Positions 58,235 through 64,000 of a DNA stretch of 64,000 nucleotides are shown piece after piece. The number at the start of each line of letters is the position of its first letter. Positions within the stretch are counted from its first letter, which is position 1. The notes under the pieces were generated by a model. The model ran no database searches. It had not been told where the DNA came from and saw only the letters and a list, made by a program, of their open reading frames with translations. The position numbers were made by a program, and so were the translations under genes. This DNA is from an uncultured delta proteobacterium. GTDB taxonomy: Bacteria > Desulfobacterota > Desulfobacteria > Desulfobacterales > JAHEIW01. Location: contig CAVPNL010000005.1 of the NCBI GenBank assembly GCA_963706575.1, forward strand, positions 32,001 through 96,000, given 5' to 3'.

Positions 58235-60136
58235 ATGACTTTATCCGGGACAAACGATCCGACATTGATAGCGGCCATGCTGGCTACGCTGCTGCCCTTT
58301 GTCGCTTTTGTATTGATTATGGTCTTTACCCGGGCATATCCGCGGTTTTCTGCAGGGTTGTCGATTGCCGCGGTGGCGTTATCCTTTTTAAGTGCGCTTT
58401 TTTTGCTGACCAAACACTGGGGGCTGGTTTCTCCACTTCAATATACCTTTCGCTGGGTGGTCTCCGGTGACATTCAGATCCCGTTCGGTTACCTGCTGGA
58501 TCCGGTCAGCCTGCTGATGCTGGTGGTCGTAACCGGGATCTGTTTTTTGGTTCAGGTATATTCGATCGGCTATATGGCCGGCGATGCGGGGTTCTCCAGA
58601 TACTATGCGTTTATGTCCCTTTTTGCCTGGGCGATGATGAGCCTGACGCTGTCAGCCACCATGCTGCAGCTTTATATTTTCTGGGAGCTGGTGGGGCTTT
58701 CTTCATATCTGTTAATCGGTTTCTGGTATGAAAAGTTCAGTGCCACCGAAGCCGGGAAAAAAGCATTTGTAATGACGCGTCTGGGAGACGTGGCCTTTTT
58801 TATCGGATTGCTTCTGGTTTTGACCCACCTGGGCAATCTGAATATACAGCAAATGAACGATCCGCAAGTCGCTGCAACAATGCCACCAGCGCTCATTACC
58901 GTTTCCGCCCTGCTGATTTTTGGCGGAATCATCGGCAAAAGCGCCCAGTTCCCACTTCTGACGTGGTTGCCCGACGCCATGGAGGGCCCGACCCCGGTGA
59001 GCGCCCTGCTGCACTCCGCCACGATGGTGGCAGCCGGTGTTTACCTGTTTGCACGTCTCTTTCCGTTTTTTAGCCTGTCGGCCACCGCCATGATAATTTT
59101 CCTGGCAATCGGCACCATCAGTATGCTGATGGCGTCCACGATGGCGATGGTCAGCCGGGATATTAAGCAGGTGTGGGCTTACTCAACCATCAGCCAACTG
59201 GGGTTTATGATCATGGGTCTGGCGGCCGGCAGCTATTTCGCCGGTATTTATCACCTGACGACCCACGCCGGGTTTAAGGCCTTGCTCTTTCTTTGCTCCG
59301 GCGTTTTTATCCACGCCTATGAATCCAATGATATTTTCGAAATAAGCCGACAGGGCGGGCGCACGCTGAAAATGCCGACGATCTGCCTCATTATCGCCGC
59401 TGCTGCCCTGGCTGGGTTGCCGCCTTTGTCCGGATTTTTCAGCAAGGAATTGATTCTGGCCGGGCTGGCGGCTTTGCAGAATCCGATCTGGCTGCTGGCG
59501 GGACTGCTGGGCGCGTTTTTGACTGCTTATTACGCCTTTCGGCTGATCTTTATTCTGATGTTTCCGAAACCGGCTATACCGGAATCTTCAGATGAAGCGG
59601 CCCACGGTCATACCGCCGAACACAGCGAATCGAACTATTGGGTGATGGTCTGGCCCTTGATCATTCTGGCCGCAGTCACCGCTGTGCTGGGCCTGTATGA
59701 GGCCCCTCTGGATCATTTTATCGCCGGCGGGGAAAAGATGAGTGCCCATGACAAAACCGCTCATTCGTGGTTGCCTTTTGCGGCCCTGGCCATTGCCGCG
59801 GCCGGAGTGGGCCTCGCCTGGCTCGAATTCGGTCGCCGCGAAGCCGATCGCATCGGCTTCGTGGAGCGAATACCGGCCCTGAATACGTTTTTCGCCGAGC
59901 GCTGGTATATCGATCACTTCTATCGCCTGTGTCTGAAATATATTGTCTATAAAGGTTTTGCCAGTTTTTGTAAGCAAAATGACGACCGCATCATCGACGG
60001 CAGTATTGACGGACTGGGCAAAGGAACCGTTGAAGCCGGCCGGATTCTGTCCCGCCTGCATCTGGGGATGGTGCAATACCGGCTGCTGGTTATTTTTGTC
60101 GTCCTGGTTTTACTGGCCCTGTATTTCTTTTTTTAA
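58235..60136 (+). CDS. nuoL: NADH-quinone oxidoreductase subunit L
   Basis: GKSAQFPL, WLPDAMEGPTPVSALLHSATMV. Confidence 0.96.
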   Translation: MTLSGTNDPTLIAAMLATLLPFVAFVLIMVFTRAYPRFSAGLSIAAVALSFLSALFLLTKHWGLVSPLQYTFRWVVSGDIQIPFGYLLDPVSLLMLVVVTGICFLVQVYSIGYMAGDAGFSRYYAFMSLFAWAMMSLTLSATMLQLYIFWELVGLSSYLLIGFWYEKFSATEAGKKAFVMTRLGDVAFFIGLLLVLTHLGNLNIQQMNDPQVAATMPPALITVSALLIFGGIIGKSAQFPLLTWLPDAMEGPTPVSALLHSATMVAAGVYLFARLFPFFSLSATAMIIFLAIGTISMLMASTMAMVSRDIKQVWAYSTISQLGFMIMGLAAGSYFAGIYHLTTHAGFKALLFLCSGVFIHAYESNDIFEISRQGGRTLKMPTICLIIAAAALAGLPPLSGFFSKELILAGLAALQNPIWLLAGLLGAFLTAYYAFRLIFILMFPKPAIPESSDEAAHGHTAEHSESNYWVMVWPLIILAAVTAVLGLYEAPLDHFIAGGEKMSAHDKTAHSWLPFAALAIAAAGVGLAWLEFGRREADRIGFVERIPALNTFFAERWYIDHFYRLCLKYIVYKGFASFCKQNDDRIIDGSIDGLGKGTVEAGRILSRLHLGMVQYRLLVIFVVLVLLALYFFF

Positions 60137-60148
60137 GGATTTGTTCCC

Positions 60149-61627
60149 ATGCAAATGGCGTTTGCCAGTTTTCCGTATCTTTCATGCATCCTTTTAAGCT
60201 GCGTGATCGGTCTGCTGATTATCCTTTTTCTGCCGGAGCACCGCAAGCAGGAAATCAAGTGGGTCAGTGCGGTTTTTTCCGGTATTCCGCTGGCCTTGTC
60301 GCTGTATCTGTTTTTGGCCTATGACAAAAGCACCGGCGGACTTCAGTTTGTGGAAAAAATCATGTGGGTCAAGTCCCTGGGCATTACCTATTTTAATGCT
60401 GCCGACGGATTCAATCTTCCCAATCTGCTGCTGACCGGAATCGTGTTTTTCACCGGTGTGCTGACGATGTGGGAAATGCAAAACCGCGTCAAAGAATTTT
60501 ATGCCCTTTATTTTTTGCTGGTTAGCGGTGTGTTCGGGCTCTTTATGAGCATGGACCTGTTTTTCATCTTTGTCTGGTATGATGTTTCTTTATTCCCGAT
60601 GTATCTGCTGATCGTCGTCTGGGGCACCACGCGCAAAGAATATGCGGCCATGAAATTAACGCTCTACCTGCTGGCCGGAAGCGCCTTGATATTGCCGGCG
60701 ATTGTCTATCTTTTTGTCAAATCCGGCCTGAATACCTTTGATATTGTCTCCTTGATGCAGCCCGGGACCTTTACGGTCGACCAGCAGAAATTTGCATTTA
60801 TTTTGCTGTTTCTGGGCTTCGGTATTCTGGCGGCTGTCTGGCCCTTTCATACCTGGTCACCGGTCGGTCATGTTGCCGCGCCCCACGCGGTCAGCATGGT
60901 GCATGCCGGGGTGCTTATGAAAATCGGGGCCTTCGGCGTGCTGCGGGTGGCCATTTTTCTATGCCCGCAGGGCTGGCAGCATTGGGCCCAGCTGATGGCG
61001 TTGCTGGCTGCGATTGGTATCGTTTATGGTGCCCTGGCCGGCCTGCGCCAGACCGACCTTAAATATGTCATTGGATATTCAAGCGTATCGCATATGGGAA
61101 TTGTCGGTCTGGGGTTATCAACTGTCAGCGTCGATGGTCTCAACGGTGCGGTTTTTCAGATGTTTGCCCACGGGGTGATGACCGCATTGTTCTTTTCTTC
61201 GGTGGGCTATATCTACGATAAGACCCATACGAAAGCCATCGGCGAGCTGGGCGGCTTGAGTAAAATAATGCCCGTGGCCTCCACATACTTTATTGTGGCG
61301 GCCATGGCCAGTATGGGTATTCCCTGTCTGGCGAGTTTCTGGGGGGAACTGCTGGTTTTTATCTCTGCCTTTAAGGTGTATCCGGTTCGCGGCGCAATGG
61401 CCATCGCCGCTCTGGTGATCAGCGCGCTGTTTATGCTGCGGGTCGTGCAAAAAACTTTTTACGGTCCTAAAAATGAGCGGTTTGAGCCGCTGACGGATGT
61501 ACCCTTCGGCCTGGCAGTGCCTCGGATGATCCTGCTTGCGGTTCTGGTGTTTTTTGGGCTTTTTCCGTCTGTCCTGTTTGACGTGATCGAGACCGCTTCG
61601 ATTCCATTTATTAACGGGTTGCCATGA
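60149..61627 (+). CDS. nuoM: NADH-quinone oxidoreductase subunit M
   Basis: WPFHTW, YSSVSHMG, QMFAHG; position in the operon. Confidence 0.94.
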   Translation: MQMAFASFPYLSCILLSCVIGLLIILFLPEHRKQEIKWVSAVFSGIPLALSLYLFLAYDKSTGGLQFVEKIMWVKSLGITYFNAADGFNLPNLLLTGIVFFTGVLTMWEMQNRVKEFYALYFLLVSGVFGLFMSMDLFFIFVWYDVSLFPMYLLIVVWGTTRKEYAAMKLTLYLLAGSALILPAIVYLFVKSGLNTFDIVSLMQPGTFTVDQQKFAFILLFLGFGILAAVWPFHTWSPVGHVAAPHAVSMVHAGVLMKIGAFGVLRVAIFLCPQGWQHWAQLMALLAAIGIVYGALAGLRQTDLKYVIGYSSVSHMGIVGLGLSTVSVDGLNGAVFQMFAHGVMTALFFSSVGYIYDKTHTKAIGELGGLSKIMPVASTYFIVAAMASMGIPCLASFWGELLVFISAFKVYPVRGAMAIAALVISALFMLRVVQKTFYGPKNERFEPLTDVPFGLAVPRMILLAVLVFFGLFPSVLFDVIETASIPFINGLP

Positions 61628-63051
61628 TGAAGTGGATGATCTTTAGTCCCGAAATCTATTATTTGCTGGTGGGCCTGTGGTTTCTGGCGTTGTCGATGCT
61701 GCCAAACCCAGGATCCGGGCGCAATTATTTCAGCGCCCTTTCTCTGGCGGCTGTCGGTATTTTGGTTTGCCTGGTCACCGTCAAATCAGAAGGTGTCCTC
61801 TTTTTTAACGCCTATCAGGTTAATCTGTTCTCCCAGGTATTTAAAGTATTGCTGTCTTTGGGCTTGTTTCTGGTGATTTGCCTTTGCCCGAATCTTACGG
61901 CTATCAAAGCGGAACACCATCCGGAATTTTATCTGCTGCTATTTGTCTGCACCCTGGCGATGATGATGCTGGTCAGCAGCGTGCATCTGCTGGCCATCTA
62001 TGTTTCCCTTGAGCTTTCCAGTTATTCCCTTTACATACTGGTGGCCTTGAGGCGCGGCAAAGATATGGGCATTGAGGCAGCCATCAAATATTTTCTGATC
62101 GGAATCTTTGCTTCGGCCGTGATGCTTTTTGGCCTGGCGCTGCTTTACGGAACCACCCAGGCCACTTACGTCAATGAGATGGCAAAGGTGCTTCCGGAGG
62201 TAATCGATAAACCCGCTGTTGTCATCGGGCTGCTGCTGACCCTCGGCGGTTTCTTTTTTAAACTCGCCGTCTTTCCTTTCCATTTCTGGGCGCCGGATGT
62301 CTACCAGGGGGCGGCCAATCAGGTTACCGCTTATATTGCCACGGCTTCCAAAGTGGCCGCCATGGCGCTATTGATACGAATGGTTGCGTTAACCGGCAAC
62401 GCTACGGCCGGCAATTATCTGGTGCACATTCTGGTGGCGCTGTCCATCGTTTCAATGACTCTGGGCAACCTGGCGGCTATCGTTCAAAAAGACATCAAAC
62501 GCCTGCTGGCCTATTCGACCATCGCCCATGCCGGTTATGTTTTGATCGGCATATTGAGTATGAGCACACCCGGCTACAGCGGGGTTATTTTTTACGCCCT
62601 GGCGTTATTGGTGATGAAATTCACCGCATTTCTGGTGGTGGTAAAAGTGGCTGATGATGACCGCAACTTGCAGATTGATCAACTGGCCGGTTTGTATCAT
62701 CGCTCTCCGCTGCTGGCGATGGCATTGATGGTTTCTATTTTCAGCCTTGCCGGTATCCCGCCGACCATTGGATTCACCGGAAAACTTTTAGTCTTCCTGG
62801 CCGCTATGGAGCAGGGTTATTTCACCCTGGTGCTGATTGCCATGATTAATGTGGTGATTTCCCTTTATTACTATCTGCTGGTTTTAAAAGCGGCGTACCT
62901 GCTGAAGCCGAAATTCGCCGTATCCGAGATAAAGTTGTCTCCTGCGGCAAAAATACTTACGATTGCCTTGATCGTTGTTATGGTGGTTGTTGGCATTTTC
63001 CCGCGTTATGTACTCGAGCTTGCTGAAGCCGCAGCCCGAGCGATAGGTTAA
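61624..63051 (+). CDS. nuoN: NADH-quinone oxidoreductase subunit N
   Basis: EAAIKYF, PFHFWAPDVYQG, KRLLAYSTIAHAGY, SLAGIPP. Confidence 0.96.
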   Translation: MMKWMIFSPEIYYLLVGLWFLALSMLPNPGSGRNYFSALSLAAVGILVCLVTVKSEGVLFFNAYQVNLFSQVFKVLLSLGLFLVICLCPNLTAIKAEHHPEFYLLLFVCTLAMMMLVSSVHLLAIYVSLELSSYSLYILVALRRGKDMGIEAAIKYFLIGIFASAVMLFGLALLYGTTQATYVNEMAKVLPEVIDKPAVVIGLLLTLGGFFFKLAVFPFHFWAPDVYQGAANQVTAYIATASKVAAMALLIRMVALTGNATAGNYLVHILVALSIVSMTLGNLAAIVQKDIKRLLAYSTIAHAGYVLIGILSMSTPGYSGVIFYALALLVMKFTAFLVVVKVADDDRNLQIDQLAGLYHRSPLLAMALMVSIFSLAGIPPTIGFTGKLLVFLAAMEQGYFTLVLIAMINVVISLYYYLLVLKAAYLLKPKFAVSEIKLSPAAKILTIALIVVMVVVGIFPRYVLELAEAAARAIG

Positions 63052-63081
63052 AAGCGGCCTTTTAGCTTTTTGGGGGACAAC

Positions 63082-63270
63082 CCAGTGTCATGACCCAGAA
63101 GTATTGTCTGAAAATATTGTTAAGCACAGAGACGTGTTACCCATCCGTCATTCCCGCGCAGGCGGGAATCCAGGCGTCTTTGATCCGGACTCCCGCCCCC
63201 ATCTACACGGGGGCAGGCTCTGAGCGGGAGTGACAATCATTTTACAACTTATTTGCAGGGCACATCTAAG
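63082..63270. mobile_element. Family C element, full-length diverged copy with a 23-nt hairpin insertion
   Basis: Aligns end to end with the reverse complement of 14935-15100; extra CCCATCTACACGGGGGCAGGCTC at 63198-63220. Confidence 0.85.
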
Positions 63271-63300
63271 GAGGTATTTTTTAAAGATTATTGGAAGGAA

Positions 63301-63720
63301 TTAAGCGTCGGTATCCGGAGGTGCCGGCATGGGAATTTTAAGAAAGTCAATACCCTCTTCTTTTAGCATTTTTTCTTCTTCTTTGGTACTGACGCCACGG
63401 ATATTTCGCGGCTCCTCGACCCCGTAATGGATTTTCAGGGCTTCTTTGGCAAAATCACATCCGACATCATCGAAATTTTTCTCTACAAAATCAACAATTT
63501 CTTTGCCAACCTGTTTCAGATTTTGCTCCTCCAAGGAACCCATTTTAGGGATCGGGGAGGATTTGATCGCAAAGGTGGACGGAATTCTGGACACCTGGGT
63601 CGTATCGCAGGCCGGGCAGGCGATCAATTTCTTTTTTTTCTGGGCCTGATAGGCCTCACTGTCTTCAAACCAGCCTTCGAACGCATGGCCGTTAACACAT
63701 TGTAAATCATATGCTATCAT
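63301..63720 (-). CDS. DUF1178 family protein
   Basis: MIAYDLQCVNGHAFEGWF, CPAC, FAKEALKIHYG...RNIRG. Confidence 0.9.
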   Translation of the reverse strand: MIAYDLQCVNGHAFEGWFEDSEAYQAQKKKKLIACPACDTTQVSRIPSTFAIKSSPIPKMGSLEEQNLKQVGKEIVDFVEKNFDDVGCDFAKEALKIHYGVEEPRNIRGVSTKEEEKMLKEEGIDFLKIPMPAPPDTDA

Positions 63721-64000
63721 TGAGGGACACCACTGTTATTTGAAAAAATGATCAATAATATTCGATTGAAAGATGAAAACTAACTAAAAAATAACACATC
63801 TGTCAATATTTTTAAAGGCGTGTAATCAGAATTTACTAATTTAACAGAATGTTGTAGAATAAATCTTAGACGTGTATTATCAATTGTTAATCTGATTAGC
63901 AATGGCTTTAACCACCTTAGAACTTGTAACTGTCCGTGATTTAGGGCATGATCATAAGAATCAGACGGAAAGGGCTCTCCGGGATGAATTTTTTGTTGAA

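Noticed and set aside
45..63705. Numerous overlapping antisense and alternate-frame ORFs in the track (e.g. 45..368, 737..1456, 20551..21264, 24263..24904, 57014..57586)
   Set aside because: They shadow well-supported genes and have no recognisable motifs.
1..64000. tRNA, rRNA, tmRNA, transposase, integrase or prophage genes
   Set aside because: None were recognised. Any autonomous partner of the repeat elements must lie outside this window.

Overview
This is a bacterial chromosomal window; gene content and style suggest an anaerobic deltaproteobacterium such as Desulfobacterales (inference). Bases 1-26.5 kb hold a large acyl-CoA catabolic region: three acyl-CoA dehydrogenases, two CoA ligases, two enoyl-CoA hydratases, a thiolase, a 3-hydroxyacyl-CoA dehydrogenase, SDRs, nitroreductases, a Liv-type ABC transporter, MerR and TetR regulators, and an ACAD plus APH-kinase pair. 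Several of these genes are frameshifted, probably by sequencing error. Bases 26.5-47.6 kb carry mixed housekeeping, envelope and stress genes: NifU-like, cytochrome c, a PA2778/PA2779 pair, dodecin, an ECF sigma/anti-sigma operon, two Hsp20, Lon, RlpA, MltF-like and MscS. Bases 47.9-63.1 kb are a complete nuoA-N complex I operon with a NuoB-C-D triple fusion. No rRNA, tRNA, CRISPR array or transposase was recognised. The most striking signal is non-coding. The intergenic spaces are densely colonised by (i) at least seven sequence families of inverted short-tandem-repeat cassettes, in which 7-9-nt units repeat on one arm and their reverse complement on the other, often nested; (ii) several TAG...CTA-ended MITE-like elements, four of which supply the stop codon of the neighbouring gene and one family of which shows compensatory base-pair changes; and (iii) REP/dRS3-like palindromes inserted inside those elements.
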